Below, piece by piece: positions 43,065-58,990 of a stretch of 64,000 nucleotides of DNA; position 1 is the first letter of the stretch; every line of letters starts with the position of its first letter. The translations under genes and the position numbers were made by a program. Under the pieces are notes generated by a model. The model had not been told where the DNA came from. It did not search any database and worked only from the letters and a program-made list of their open reading frames with translations. The DNA is from the human T2T-CHM13v2.0 reference genome, Homo sapiens. The stretch lies in the NCBI RefSeq assembly GCF_009914755.1, contig NC_060932.1; one strand, given 5' to 3'.

Positions 43065-43300
43065 GCCATAGGTAGGAGGAGGTAAAGCAGAAATTCAGAT
43101 ACCTGGATTCAAATCCCAGCTCTACTACTCATTATGTGACCTTGGCAAGTTTCTTAAACTCTCCATGCCTTAGCTTCCTCAACTGCAAACTGGGGATAAT
43201 AATATGGTCACCTCATGGTGGTGTTGTGAAAATTAAATAAATTAATAAATGAATATTGCATGGAGCAGTGTTTGGCACAGAATACATAGTAATAGTCATT
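43065..43300 (+). mobile_element. MIR SINE (L2 3' remnant follows at ~43330-43440)
   Basis: CCTGGATTCAAATCCCAGCTCTAC...TGTGACCTTGGCAAGTTTCTTAAACTCTC core. Confidence 0.75.
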
Positions 43301-44652
43301 ATTGTCATTAGAACATAAGTTTGATCAAGGTAGAAATTTTTATTTGATTATTCCCTGCTGTATTCCTAGCACCTAGAACAGTTCTAGGCACATAGCAGGC
43401 ACTCAGTATCTGTTAAATGAATGACTAAATGAATAACTAGAATATAAAGAGAACAATTTCCCAAGAAGTTTGTGATTAATGACTACTACATGACTCCTCT
43501 CCCACTCTCAGCCCTTCAACCAAACAAAGCAGTAACTAATGCTAAATCCAAAGAACTTGGGTTTATGTCCACTACATGCTAATTTCCAGATTAATTCAGC
43601 CCTGAAAAAAAGTGATCTTGAAAGGTAGCTGAGATTAGATGTTTTATGAGAACAGCCTAACATCCATTTCCTGCTTCTTCTTTTGAATCTATCTTTAGTG
43701 ACTGGTGTTTTCGGTAGTAACTTGGTTGTTTAGGGAGGTAGAGTTACCTTCTTTTGGTCTGGGGGATAGAAGTTGCCTATTTTTTGAAAAAGTGAAAGTT
43801 GTTAAGATTTTACATTCATGGTCAGCATGGATCCAATTTGAAGACTTGTACATAAATGCGTCCCTAAGCAAGATAAAAATAATTTATAAAATGTCTTTAA
43901 ATTACTTTAAATGCCCAATGTGATGAATTCCATGAGGCTTAAACTGGCTGCATGATAGGACCACTTGTGGGTCAAATCTTTATGACATTGGGGAACTCAT
44001 TCCTGCAGGACATCAGGCCAAGTGTTTCTCTCTCCACTGACTACTGAGGTATCAGATTGCATATTGTTTCTGGATCTTCAAATATGCCCCCTTAGCCTGA
44101 CTAGTTTTGAACAAAACAAAAAATCCCCAAAAACCTGTCTTTCAAGAAATGCTTTTGCATTAATTTAATTCTGGAGAAGTATCAGAGAATGTTGCATAAA
44201 ATGTTCCATACAAAAGCATTATTATTAATATCCTTAATTAAAACACAAACAGTTACAGCACACAGATTCAGCCAAATTAGTAAAATTACATATTAGGTAA
44301 CTGGGTTGCTAAGCAATATTACATCCTCATTTTACTTAATTGCTGTAATTAGCATCTCCCAGCAGATGCCACAATGCAAGCCACAAAAAAAAGAAAAAAA
44401 AAACAACTGGCCAGATTGCTTACATGGTTCTGGCGAGCTCAAATACTTTCATCCACTGGCCACCCCTAATGGAGTCTGGGCGTCAAGAGACCCTTCAGGA
44501 AAGAAATGAGGGTCAAAGAATCACTAACAAGTACCAAATTGTCAGGTGAGAGGGGTTTCCCAGGAACACTCTCTAACTCCCTGCATCATTTCCCCCAGCT
44601 AGGAGTAGCCAATCAATTGCCTCATTTATATCTTCTAACCTCCTTTCATCTG

Positions 44653-45041
<389 letters not shown>

Positions 45042-45497
45042 CTATAAGAAACGAACAACTTAGTACAGGTGAATAAGCAGCAAAACAGCTTGGAGTCAAT
45101 TCCTGACTATTCAGTGGCATTATCCAGGTAGATTTCTGGAGACAAGTGACTGTCCTCCATACCTTTCTTTGTGCCCTTGTGACCTGCCACGACCATCTGC
45201 CAGTAGTATTATGGACAGAGAAAAGCGGATGTTCACCAGGTGAAAGGTTGTGTGGATGCATTATCTTGTTTAATTGCCGCAACGCTTCTTTGAAAGTGGT
45301 ATTATGAGCTGCACTTTATAAACAAGGAATCCATGGTTCTATTGCAGTGAAATAACTGCTTAGGATCCCACAGTTAGTGTCGAGAATTTGAACCCACGGC
45401 TATATGACTACAGAGTCCATACTCTTTCTATCACACAAAAAAAGGGCCAAGCTCCAGCTCACCATCTATAGGTGGGGAAGGAAACAGAAGGGAAAGA

Positions 45498-45813
45498 GGC
45501 TGGGCGCAGTGGCTCATGCCTGTAATCCCAGCATTTGGGGAGGCTGAGATGAATGGATCACTTGAGGTCAGGAGTTCAAGACCAGCCTGACCAACATGGT
45601 GAAACCCCATCTCTACTAAAATACAAAAATTAGACGGGCATGGTAGCACATGCCTGTAATCCCAACTACTTAGGAGGCTGAGGATCGCTTGAACCCAGGA
45701 GGCGGAGGTTGGAGTGAGCCGAGATTGCACCACTGCACTCCAGCCTGGGTGACAGAGTGAAACTCCATCTCAAAAAAAAAAAAAAAAAAAAAGAAAAAAA
45801 GAAAAAAAAGAAA
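45498..45813 (+). mobile_element. AluS-type SINE
   Basis: dimer with long A-tail. Confidence 0.9.
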
Positions 45814-47239
45814 CTTGAAAGGAAAGATTACAATGCAGACTTCAGGTCATCCATGGGTTTAATTTATCCCTGTGCTGCTCTTCTCCAGAGGTAAACAAGA
45901 CTTATAATCTGATGGATATTCTCACGTCATGACAGTCCAACATCTTGGGAAATTTTTCCTTTGAAGTTAACTTTTTTTTAATTATTTAGCAGTCTTGGAG
46001 CTATACTTTTTAAATAATTTTTTGAATCTTTTAATTAACTCATATATTCTCTTGTCTAACTGTGCTTTAATTAGTTCAACGTATGTCCCATTGTGTGTGT
46101 AGAATACACAGTATAAAAAGATCTTTAGAAATGTCTCCATGTATGGTAATGACTAAAATCAGTCCTATTTTAATGGAAAATTGAAACCATGAACAAATAA
46201 CCTGAACAATCAGCTCTTATAACACTCGGCTTTTCCTCTATTTCATACCGCCTCCAGATATTCTCCTACCATCAGCCCTGGCTACTATGTTGGCCACTAA
46301 TAGGAGCCTATCAAGTTTCTCTAACTGAAATGAACATTCCTACCCCAAAGAGGAAGGCATCTGCAGGCCTCCTGTCTGTGGAGCTGTTACAAATAGCATT
46401 TAGAGATAGCTCTGTTGTGTGTGCCAAGGAGTTCCAGTCTCCCGACTCCATCCTACCCTCCCCAAACCCATCCAAACAGCCAACAAGTTCATTAACCTCA
46501 GTCCTTAGAGCTCGATTACTGTGATTTAAGACACTGGGATTCCCAGATAAAATGCAGAGTCAAATATGTCAAAGTACTTACTTTAATTTCAATTATTTTC
46601 TCTGGTCTTTAACAATTGCTAACATTTATCAATCACTTATGTTTCAGTCATATGCTTAATATTTACATATGCTATCTCAATCAGTCCTATCAATCACTGT
46701 ATAAAATGGAAGATACTACCGCCCCCTTTGTTCAGATGAGGAGACTCTGATTCTGAGAGACTGGTATTTTGCCCAAGAGCGCATTGCAAGTAGAAGTCTC
46801 AGGATTCAATACCTGGTTTGTCTGATTTCAAAGTCCATGGACCTCCTCACTCTTCTTATATCCCACCCACCACTCCTGAGGGGCTCCTGGTTAGCAGAAG
46901 GGAGGGCCAGAGACCAGACACTGGAAGATCACTAGGTATATGGGGACAAATGGGATGGCTGGGTGTGGAAGGCAAACCCCACACTTTTCAGTTTGACAGC
47001 ATGTAGATTATTGGGCATGTAAATTTCTTCATGTCACCCCAGGCAATGCCCATAGAATATGCCCCACATTTTCTACCAGTGAGGATGCCTCCCAGGGTTA
47101 GCATGGAAACCACAGGCTGATTGTAATTTAATGTTTGACAAATGCAATTGGCCAAACTTTCTAGTGAAAAGAATTCCTAAAATTTCTGAGGCTGGCCTGA
47201 GGCAGCTACTACTTTTAGCACTTAGAAACGGGTTAATTG

Positions 47240-47356
47240 TGGGCAACCTGGTTGGGTCCCCATCCACCCTTCCACGCTGTGGAAGCTTTGTTCTTTCACT
47301 CTTCACAATAACCCTTGCTACCGCTCAAAAAAAGAAAAAGAAAAAGAAAAAGAAAA
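47240..47356 (+). mobile_element. polyadenylated ERV1 LTR R-region fragment (LTR12/LTR27/MER61-like) with L1-type TSD
   Basis: CCCTTCCACGCTGTGGAAGCTTTGTTCTTTCACTCTTCACAATAAC...CCGCTC + (AAAAAG)n tail; 16-bp TSD. Confidence 0.8.
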
Positions 47357-48279
47357 AGAAACGGGTTAGTTGCTTAGGCACCAAGGATTACCCATCAGGT
47401 TTAGCAGAAATATTCAGCATGCCTGGTTCCCAAGCCATCTGGGAGTAGAGAAGTGCACATTCTTCAATTCCCCTTTCAAGGCAACCCCACACCCTTCCCT
47501 CAGGCCCATGGGACAATAAACTGGGCTCAGAGCAGTGTCGCCCTTTTTACAAGCTCTGTGTTCCCGAAACTCCCCACCAGCCACTGGGACTGGGTATGCA
47601 GAATTTCTGGGTTAAACCTCCTCTATAACTCCAGAAATAATGTGACCTTAATCCTCACTCTCTGTAGACCCATCTCATTTGCCAATTATGATGACAGTGA
47701 CCAAAAAAACCAACACTCTTACTCCATACAAGTGAGCATACCTTTTTTTTTTTTAATGTTCAGCAATATCAAATAAACTTTGGCTAAGCAAAAAATGTTC
47801 TCCCAAGGACTCATAAAAAGCTGAGGAATGAGAATTGCTAAAATTACAACTTGTTTGCAAACTTCCTGAGCGCACTGCTATAAACTGTACCACCAATGGA
47901 CTCATAGGGGCACCATTGAAGTTTGGCAGTGGAAGAGGAGAGATGACTGCTCGTAAACATCTCTGCATGGCAGTCGACACCAGGAACATGTTGTGAGCAT
48001 TTCTGGTGCCACTTCTATGAAACACAATCAAATTTTCATCCTCCAGAAAAATATAAATTAGATGTGCCTGGGCCTAAAAAGAAAAATCCAAGCAAAGAAA
48101 TGCATCAACTATGAACTCTTTGAGGGCATAACTTGATTTAGAAGAAAACTGTTTCCTACTGGCTATAGTCCTGGCCATTCCCTCTTGTGCTGAACGAAGC
48201 TCCCTAGCTCTGCTACAGGGAAGAGAAGGGGACTGACAGTCACCTGGCCCTACTACGTGTGTTTATGAAAAATAAGGCT

Positions 48280-48578
<299 letters not shown>

Positions 48579-48593
48579 GAATTATGTACATAG

Positions 48594-48962
48594 GTCATTG
48601 AATGGCATTGTGCCTCTTTCCACCCAATTCATGTGTTGAAGCCCTAACCTCCAAGGTGACTGTATTTGAGATAGGGCCTAAGATGAGCTGGTTAAAGCTA
48701 AATGTGGGGCCCTGATATGATAGGATTAGCGTCCTCAAAATGCTAAGAGACAATAGAGAGCTTGCATTCTCCCTCCATGCACGCAGAAAGTACAGGTCAT
48801 TTGAGAACATTAAAATAGGGCAGCCGTCCCAGGAAGATGGTCCTCACCAGAAACTGATCATGCTGGCACTTAATCTGGGGCTTCCAGCCTCTAGAATTGT
48901 GAGAAAATAAATACCTGTTGTTGAAGCCACCCAGTCTATAGTATTTTGTTATGGCTAATACA
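48594..48962 (+). mobile_element. MLT1A-type MaLR LTR
   Basis: GTTGAAGCCCTAACCTCCAAGGTGACTGTATTTGAGATAGGGCC...AAGCCACCCAGTCTATAGTATTTTGTTATGGC. Confidence 0.8.
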
Positions 48963-49015
48963 TTCATCATATTTTAATTTTCATAACTGCCCTGCAATAG
49001 ATACTATTATTCTGG

Positions 49016-49388
<373 letters not shown>

Positions 49389-49709
49389 TGAGGCTTGCCT
49401 GGGCAAAACTGCAGTGTGCACCCAGGTCTGTCAAATCTGATATGATGAAACATTGTTTTCTCTCTCTACCAGCAAATCCAATGGTCTTCCATTTATTAAG
49501 GAGATATTTTTGGAGACATTTTGTTGGCTTATTTCTTAATTTTTTAGTTTCTGCTAACAGGATGGATTTTAAAAGTTTTTTTTTAGCAGGTGGTATAATG
49601 ATGACCTGTGAATTTTAGTTGGTTACAAATTTTCAGTGTGATGGAGTTGTTTTAAAAATGTAGCCAATGTATTTATAAACCCGAAAATAGAAGAGGGGTT
49701 AACAAATTA

Positions 49710-49945
49710 GAAAATACTAAATTTATTTAGCACTTGCCATGTGTCAAGCACTATTCTAAGCAGTTTACATGATCTAGTGTAATCCTTATAACAACCCTAT
49801 TAGGCACGTATAGATATTGGGCACATATTACTGATGAAGGACTTGAGGCAAAAAGAGATTACAAAACTCGCCCAAGGCTCCAAGGCTTGGTAAGTAGCAA
49901 GGCTGGGATTCGGAGCCAGGTTGTCAGTTTCCAGAACCCACGCTC
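49710..49945 (-). mobile_element. MIR SINE
   Basis: TAATCCTTATAACAACCCTAT...GATGAAGGACTTGAGGC...GGCTGGGATTCGGAGCCAGG. Confidence 0.7.
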
Positions 49946-50222
49946 TGGAGCATTCGTGTGATGGACACTATGCAGCCATGAAAATAAAGCTAGGAAAGAA
50001 TGCAAAATACCAGGGAAAATGCTAGAAGGTCATCTAAGTGAAAAGGAAGGGCAGCAGCACATCACATTTTAGGAGCTGTTGATCACTCTGTGAGGGCCGG
50101 GACCCAGGACAGCCTTAGAACTGATCCACTGGTGGTCATCACAGCTTGTGGCCAAACAGCGCTTCTGAAGAACCACGGGGTAAGAAGAACCACATAGTTG
50201 CTGTGGAGTTCCCCACCCACCA

Positions 50223-51036
<814 letters not shown>

Positions 51037-51088
51037 CACCACAAACCCCTGAGAAGATGGGAGGCAGCAGCACACAATCTTCTAAATC

Positions 51089-51272
51089 AATAGTTCTCAA
51101 ACTGTAGCCTGTGTCAGAAACACCTGGAGGCTTGTTAAAATCAAAGATGGACCGGGTCCCATCCCCAGAGTTTCTGATTCAGTTGGTCTGGGGTGGAGTT
51201 GAACATTTGCTTGTTTAACAGTCCCAGATGGTGTTCCCGCTGCTGGGCAAGCCAGAAACTCTAGGTCTCTGA
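51089..51272. mobile_element. MER5A-like hAT MITE
   Basis: CAATAGTTCTCAAACT...CCCCAGAGTTTCTGATTCAGTTGGTCTGGGGTGG; related copies at ~29850-29975 and ~60515-60660. Confidence 0.75.
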
Positions 51273-51867
51273 TTCTATCCACAACTCTGTCCTCACTTTG
51301 CATGATTAGGGGTAACAATTCCCTTGATTGTTAGCTGGAATAAGAGGCCACCTGTTGCATGATTTATTTGTCAGGAAAGAAAACTTTTATATATGATACA
51401 CTCAGCCAATTCTAAGAGCCATGGAAACTCTAGGAAATAAGGACATGCTCTTAGGAAGCTGCATAGAATAGTGGATAAGAATCAAAAGGTAGAAACAGAA
51501 TCTCAGGTCCATCTCTTACTGTTACTGTTGCATGACTGTGGTAAGTAACTTAACTACTCAGTTCCTCAGTTAACTGATCTGTGAAATAGGAATAAAACCT
51601 TAACCTTATGGGGTTGTGAGGGTTGAATGCGGTAACCCTGAGAAACATTTTCCTGATGTTTGTTAAAAGCACATTCTCCTGATCCCCAACCCCAGCCTAA
51701 GCCAGAATATCTAAGGCAGGGTTCTGAAGACCTGAATCTTAATAAACAGCCAGGTAATTCTCATATTGGGCAAGGTTTGCAAACCCTAATAGAATCCACC
51801 TAAAGCACGTAGCCTTGATCTATGCCAAATAAGGGCCAGCCACTACTTCATTACAGGGTTGAGCTCC

Positions 51868-52155
51868 TTTTTTTTTTTTTTTTTTAAAGAGACAGGGTCT
51901 TGCTCTGGACCCAGGCGCTGGAGTACAGTGGTGCCATCATAGCTCATTGCAACCTTGATCTCCTGGGATCAAGCAATTCTCCCACTTCAGCCTCTTAAGT
52001 CACTGGGACTACAGGTGTGCACCACCATGCATGGCTAATTGTTTTTTATTTTTTGTAGAGACGGATCCTCCATGTTGCCCAGGCTAGTCTTGAACTTCTG
52101 GGCTCAAGCAATCCTCCCACCTCAGCCTCCCAAAGTCCTGGGATTACAGCCCAGC
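51868..52155 (-). mobile_element. AluJ-type SINE
   Basis: antisense dimer, T-tail. Confidence 0.88.
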
Positions 52156-53428
52156 TTGATCTATTTTGAAAATAATATTACCATGGCCTTCTTGATAATA
52201 TTACCCAAGGTGATTAGTTAGTAGACACAGTATAATAAATTTTTTAAAAACATAGCTCTATATCCATAAGTAAAAATTACACCATACCTTTATGATTTGT
52301 GCATATTACTATTTATAAATTAGACCTCAATACAAGATTTTTAAAATAAATTTTTAAAAACAGGAATGGATCCTCTTCTTTAGAAATATACAAAGACAAA
52401 TAATACTACTAGACAGATTACATACTTATGTGGTCATATATAAAGGACACGGTGCTGTATATGGCTGTATAGAATGCATCGGAAGTAAATGAAAGAGTCA
52501 CTTGTTGAACTTAGATAAGTGGCTAAAAAAGCAGTCAATGGAAGTGCTGGGGTAACCTCTGCAATGGAAGGATTCTGTTTCCCTTTGAATGCTACCATTT
52601 CTGGCATGGACCATCCCCCACAACCCGCCAGAAACCAACAGCATCAGCCCAGCTTCCCACCTCAGAGAGCCACCTTTATCCACAAGGAGATAAGAGTTTC
52701 TATTTCAGCTGGGGTGGACCCTGCCTCCTACTGCAATTCATTGGGAAGCTCAGCCTGGAGCTGCAAAGGGGCTACATCTCCCTGGCATCATCCCACAGAG
52801 AAGGCAGGGGACATTTTTTTCCCATTGTTTGCTTTCTAAAAGTCTTTTTCTAGGTACATCCACAGGGTCTTGGAGAGAAGTTGATCAGGACTGATGCTCT
52901 GGTAGCTGATGCTCAAGCCAAAAGGTCAGTTAAAAATCTATTTTACCAAAGTATATTTTCCTTTGGCTTTGGAGACAATGGCATTCCAGTGAGTGTTTCA
53001 CAGATAGGGATTCTGACAGAGGGAGCTGGGGTGATGAGGCTGGGGTTAAGCACTCTTCTGGAGGAAGGAAGACTAGAATGCAAACTCCCAGCTCTGCCAT
53101 TTCCAGGCTGCCGCCCAGGAGCAGGCAAAAGCTCACCTACTACTTCGAGAGGATAGAGTGAGAATGAATAGCCAGTGCCACCTAAGATCCCGGACATACT
53201 CTGCCTCATGGGCTACCAGCCAGAGACCAGGGCAATCCTTACAGGCCTAATTGTATCATTCCTCATAGGGTTAATATCCACACAGAATAAGATTTCCTCT
53301 TGCAGTTCAGTGGTTAAGCTGGGTAATTTGGGAGAGGGACAGTGAGTTGAGGGGACAACTATTACAACTGGGTCTGCTTTATGGTTGCATCATAGACACT
53401 GATTTTTTTCTTTTTACTACATCTTCTG

Positions 53429-53730
53429 TTTTGTTTGCTTGTTTGTTTTTGAGATAGAGTCTTGCTCTGTTGCCCAGGCTGGAGTGCAGTGGCGCGATCT
53501 CGGCTCACTGCAATGCCGCCTCCCAGGTTCAAGCGATTCTCATGCCAAAGCCTCCAGAGTAGCTGGGATGACAGGCACCCACCACCATGCCTGGCTAATT
53601 TTTGTATTTTTAGTAGAGACGGGGTTTCACCATGTTGGCCAGCTGGCCTCGAACCCCTGACTTCAGGTGATCTGCCTACCTCGGCCTCCCAAAATGCCAG
53701 GATTACAGGTGTGAGCTACTGTGCCCAGCC
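53429..53730 (-). mobile_element. AluS-type SINE
   Basis: antisense dimer; TSD CATCTTCT. Confidence 0.92.
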
Positions 53731-54137
53731 CGCATCTTCTATTCTAAATGATCACAGTGATGCACTGAAGAGGTTTCCATTTCCTGTTTGCATATTGGAT
53801 GCAGGCTTATGGGTTTAGGCTATTCATCTGCTTTACTCTCAGTTCAGACCTGGCACCCCTGTCACTTGTGAACCTGTAGCAGACACTTTCAGTGCTCCAC
53901 TCAAACCTCTTCAGTTCCCATTTACTGTTTCTGCACATCCATCTCTCCTTCTGGGCCTTTGCTTTTAAGGAATCACACTTAGGACTTTCCTGCTTGTGCA
54001 GAAGCCTGAAGAGCCTGCGAGACGACATCTCTCCAGGCAGCCTCAGCTGTCCATGGACTGCTGTAGGAATGTACAGCTCCAGTCACTTGCCTGAGTCGGG
54101 ACAAACTTGGAAGGAGTCATTTACATGCTCTAGGAAA

Positions 54138-54335
54138 GTGCTGTCTGATAGAATTTTGGTGGTGATGGGGATGTTCTAGATCTGTGCTGTTCGAAATGGT
54201 AGTCACTAGCCACAGGTGGCTATTGGACCCTTGAAATATGGCTAAGGAGGGTGAGGATCTGAATTGTTAATTTCACTTAAATTTAATTACTTTAAGTAGC
54301 CACATCTGGCTAGTGGCTACCATGCTAAGCAGTCT
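54138..54335. mobile_element. MER3-like hAT MITE
   Basis: GTGCTGTCTGATAGAA...GTTCTAGATCTGTGCTG...TAGCCACATCTGGCTAGTGGCTACC. Confidence 0.75.
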
Positions 54336-55844
54336 AGCTCTCAAGACCCCTGTAAGGTCAGGCTGAGGCTGAGACTTTGCCTGAAATCCTAGCCTCCTTG
54401 GCTCCTCTCTCTTTTTGTCCTTCCCCTCCTCCTTTCCAGGCTTCTCCTGGGAGCATTTGCTTAAGAACTCACTGCCACTTCAGTCCTTGTTGCCTTCTCT
54501 GCTTCTGAAGAACCAGACCAAAGGCAGAGCCTTTCTCAGTCTCCTCATCTTACCAGGGGGTTGAAGTCCCAGGGCTAAACCTGGTTACAGGATAGGAAAG
54601 CTGAGAAAAAACCAAAAGAGGGGAGACTCCTGGGGAGCAACTTATCTCTTCCTGTAGCTAAGTACTTTGTGTCCTCACAGAAATTTGGTTTTATTTTTAT
54701 TTATTTATTTTTCTTTACAATGGAATCAGGATCACTGCAAAATTGGATTCAGCAGTCACTCCTTGGACATTTGTTATTTGACACCAAATATAAAAATATC
54801 TACCCAGATCACATCCATGACTCTTATCATCCCCAAAGACTCCTGCTGTTCCCCATGGTTCCAATTTCAAAAGGTAGAAAAGGATACGCTAGTGAAAAGT
54901 CTTCCTCCCCATCTCCCACCTCTGTGTCAACCCCCTGTGGTACCAAGGCACAGGTATGCAAGTGACACACAGTCCCGGAACTGGAATCCCACCTCCATCT
55001 CTCAGAAGCTACACCACCTGGGGTGATTCCTGAACTCTTTTGAGCCTCAGGTACCTAATCTGCAAAATGGGCACACTAATACCGGCCTTGCAGAATGGAT
55101 ACACACGTTGTAAGTGGTAACTTGTGTCAAGTGCTGGGTACTTAGTGAGTATCTGATTCATTTCCCCTCATTCCCCAGGGCCGTATGTGGTGCTCTAACT
55201 GGGCCATGCAGCAGTGCACGAGCTCTGTGCTTGGATCTTCCCTAAGTCTGGAATGCTCATGCCCCTCTCTGGGCTCCCTTCCCTTGTTCCTCTGGTGAGT
55301 TTTCCCTCAGGCTTCAATTCAACATGACTTCTACTGCAAGGAGTCCTCCACCACTGTCCAGGCAGAGTTTGGCATTTTTTGTTGTCTTTACTGCAAATGG
55401 TTCCTTATGTGTTCCTGCACATCAACACACTTTGTTCCAGATAATGCTAGGTTCACAAGTTTGAATTTTTTTCACCTCTTTATCCCTTGTCCCAATTATA
55501 ACTCCTGGCACATAGTAGATGATTTATAAATGTTGACTGATGAATGAATGAATGAATGAAAAAGCAGTCCCCATTGTTCATAATGCCCAGAAACTGTGAG
55601 AACAAGGCTATGTACGAGGGTAAATTTTATTTTCATGTTGCCTGAGAGTTGCAGAAACTACCTTATTTCAACTTTTGTTTCTGAGAATCATTTCAAGATG
55701 CTTGGGTCCAACTTTGCTTCTTAGTAACTGGAATCCAGTGACTGTGGTCTAATCTTTCTTTGGTTTCTGTTGCGGGAATGTCTCAGAATCTGAAGATAAT
55801 GTTCACGGATGAGGACTGTGGATGCAAAGTACAGAAAGCAATAG

Positions 55845-56240
<396 letters not shown>

Positions 56241-57042
56241 ATGATTACTGCAGTTTTATTACAAAGCTGTATTTTACTTTAGTAGCCATTCTGCCAAACA
56301 TTTTGAAGCTTGAAAGCTTCAAATATTAAATTACTTTTAAATTTTATTTTTTAAAGGTGATCTAGGCCTGGTTCCTCACCCCTGAAAACCTCCTCTATTC
56401 ACCTCTGGAGCCAATAATTTCCATCTTTAGCTCCCCACCTCCCCGGCCCCACCCCCGCTGCTGGTCTTCATTATCAATCATGACTGGAAGTAAGAAGGAT
56501 TTTTCTGGAATTTCAGCTCTATTCACTACTGGCATTTTAATCTTGTGTTAATTCTTGCTCTGCTACTGGGTCTCATTCTCCTCCTTGCAGCCAGCTGACC
56601 CTTGACCATAACCTGTTTGGCAGCTCAGTCCTTCCTAGATGAAGAGCCCACCTTATTTCTGTCTACATCTTGCTCAGGTCAGATGCTCCAAAACCTCTGT
56701 CCACTACGCTTTGTCTCTTGGACCAAACTTCTTCCAGAGTTTGTCTCACATTGTTCAATAATTCATTCAACAGACATTCAAGGGCACAATATTGCCAGGC
56801 ACTGTGCCAGGAAGGACACAAATATGACTTTATCATGCCTAGCTTGCAGGTAAAGAAACAGGTGTAGAAGGAATACAAACAGCTCACTGTCATAAAGCAC
56901 AAACAAAAAGAGCTGGCAAGAGAAGTCAGGCCTGGGAAATGTCAGCTACTTGAAAGCAAGACTTGAGTTTGATTCATTTCTGTTTTTGGGATATAAGCTT
57001 TCAAAGAGGGGGACAAGGATACAACACATTAAAACTATTTCA

Positions 57043-57370
<328 letters not shown>

Positions 57371-57388
57371 TAAAAATCAAGCTGTATT

Positions 57389-58409
57389 TCATGTCTTGGT
57401 TGCTGTGAATAATGTTGCAATGAACATGGGAGCGTAACTACCTCTTTAAGACCTTAATTTCAGTTCTCTTGGATATAGACCCAGAAGTGGGATTGCTAGC
57501 TCACATTAGAATTCTGTTTTTAATTTTTGGAGAAATCTCCATACTGTTTTCCAGAGTGGCTGCACCATTTTACATTCCTATCAACAGTATACAAGGATTT
57601 CCTTTTCTCCATTTTACATTCCTAACAACAGTGTACAAGGGTTCACATTTATCAAATGATAAACAACACTCATTATCATTTGTCTTTTTGACAATAGCCA
57701 TCCTAACACACATCCTAAGCACATCCTCACTGTGGTTTTGAATTGCATTTCTCAGATCATTAGTGACATTAAACACCTTTTGGACATCTGTATGTCTTCT
57801 TTGGAGAAATGTCTATTCAGGTTCTTTTTGAATCAGTTTTCTTTTTTTGCTATTGAAATGTAAATCTTTATATATTTTGGATATTAACCTTTAATTAGAT
57901 ATGAGGTCTCCCATTTTGTAAGTTGCCTTTCCATTTTGTTGATTGTTTCCTTTGCTATGCAGAAGCTTTCCAGTTTGATGTAGTTCCATTTATTTATTTA
58001 TTTTTGCTTTTGTTGCCTGTGCTATAGGTGTCATATACAATAAATCATTGCCAAGGCCAATGTCAAGAATATTTTTCCCTATGTTTTCTTCTGGAAGTTT
58101 TACAGTTTCAGATCTTACCTTTAAGTCTTTTATCCATTTTGAGTTTATTTTTGTGTATGGTGTAAAATAGGGTTCATTGTTTTGCATATGAATATCCAGT
58201 TTTCCCAGCACCATTTATTGAAGAGAATATCCTTTCTCCATTGTGTATTCTTGGCACCCTTGTCAACAATCAGATGACCACAAATGGGTGAATTTATTTT
58301 TGGGCTCTCCAATCTGTTCTACTGGTCTCCGTGTTTTTATGCCAGTATCATAAGGTTTTGATTATTATAGGCTTGTAATACAGTTTGAAATCAGGAAGTG
58401 TGATGCCTC
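57389..58409 (-). mobile_element. L1MA-type LINE, inverted 5' segment (ORF2 C-terminal region)
   Basis: antisense ORF2; residual frame [25 protein letters not shown]...EENIGK in ORF 57990-58214. Confidence 0.85.
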
Positions 58410-58990
58410 TAAAGGTCCGTCTATAGATGAACGGATAAAGAAAGTGTGGTATTTACATATAATTCAATATTATTCAGCCTTAAAAAAGAAATTCTCCCAT
58501 ATTTGACAACATGAATGAACCTGAAGAACATTATGCTAAGTGAAATATGCCAGACACACAAGGACAAACACTACAGGATCCCATTTATATGAGGAATCTA
58601 AAATGACGAAGCTCTTAAAGCAGAGAGTAGAATGGTGGTTTCCAGCGGGGAGAGGGAAATGGGGATGTGTTGGCCAAAGGGCACGAAATTTTTGTCATGC
58701 AAGTTGAATAAGTTCTAGAGATCTACTGTACAGCATAGCGCCTATAGCTAACAACATGGTATTATATACCTAAAACGTTGCTAAGAGGGTAGATCTTATG
58801 TTACATGTTGTTATCACAAAAAATAAAATATAGAGGAAGGAGGAAATTTTTGGAGGTGATGAGTATGTTTATGGTATAGACTATGATGATGGTTTCATAG
58901 GTGTATATTTATCTCCAAATTTATCAAATTGTATACATTAAATATGTACATAACTTTGTATGTCAATACCGTGATGAAGTGCTTTTTAAA
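58409..58990 (+). mobile_element. L1MA-type LINE, sense 3' end
   Basis: GATGAACGGATAAAGAAAGTGTGG...ACATTATGCTAAGTGAAATA...TATACATTAAATATGTACA 3' UTR motifs. Confidence 0.85.

Noticed and set aside
57469-58214. ORFs resembling L1 ORF2
   Set aside because: Short, frameshifted remnants of an old L1; not a functional gene.
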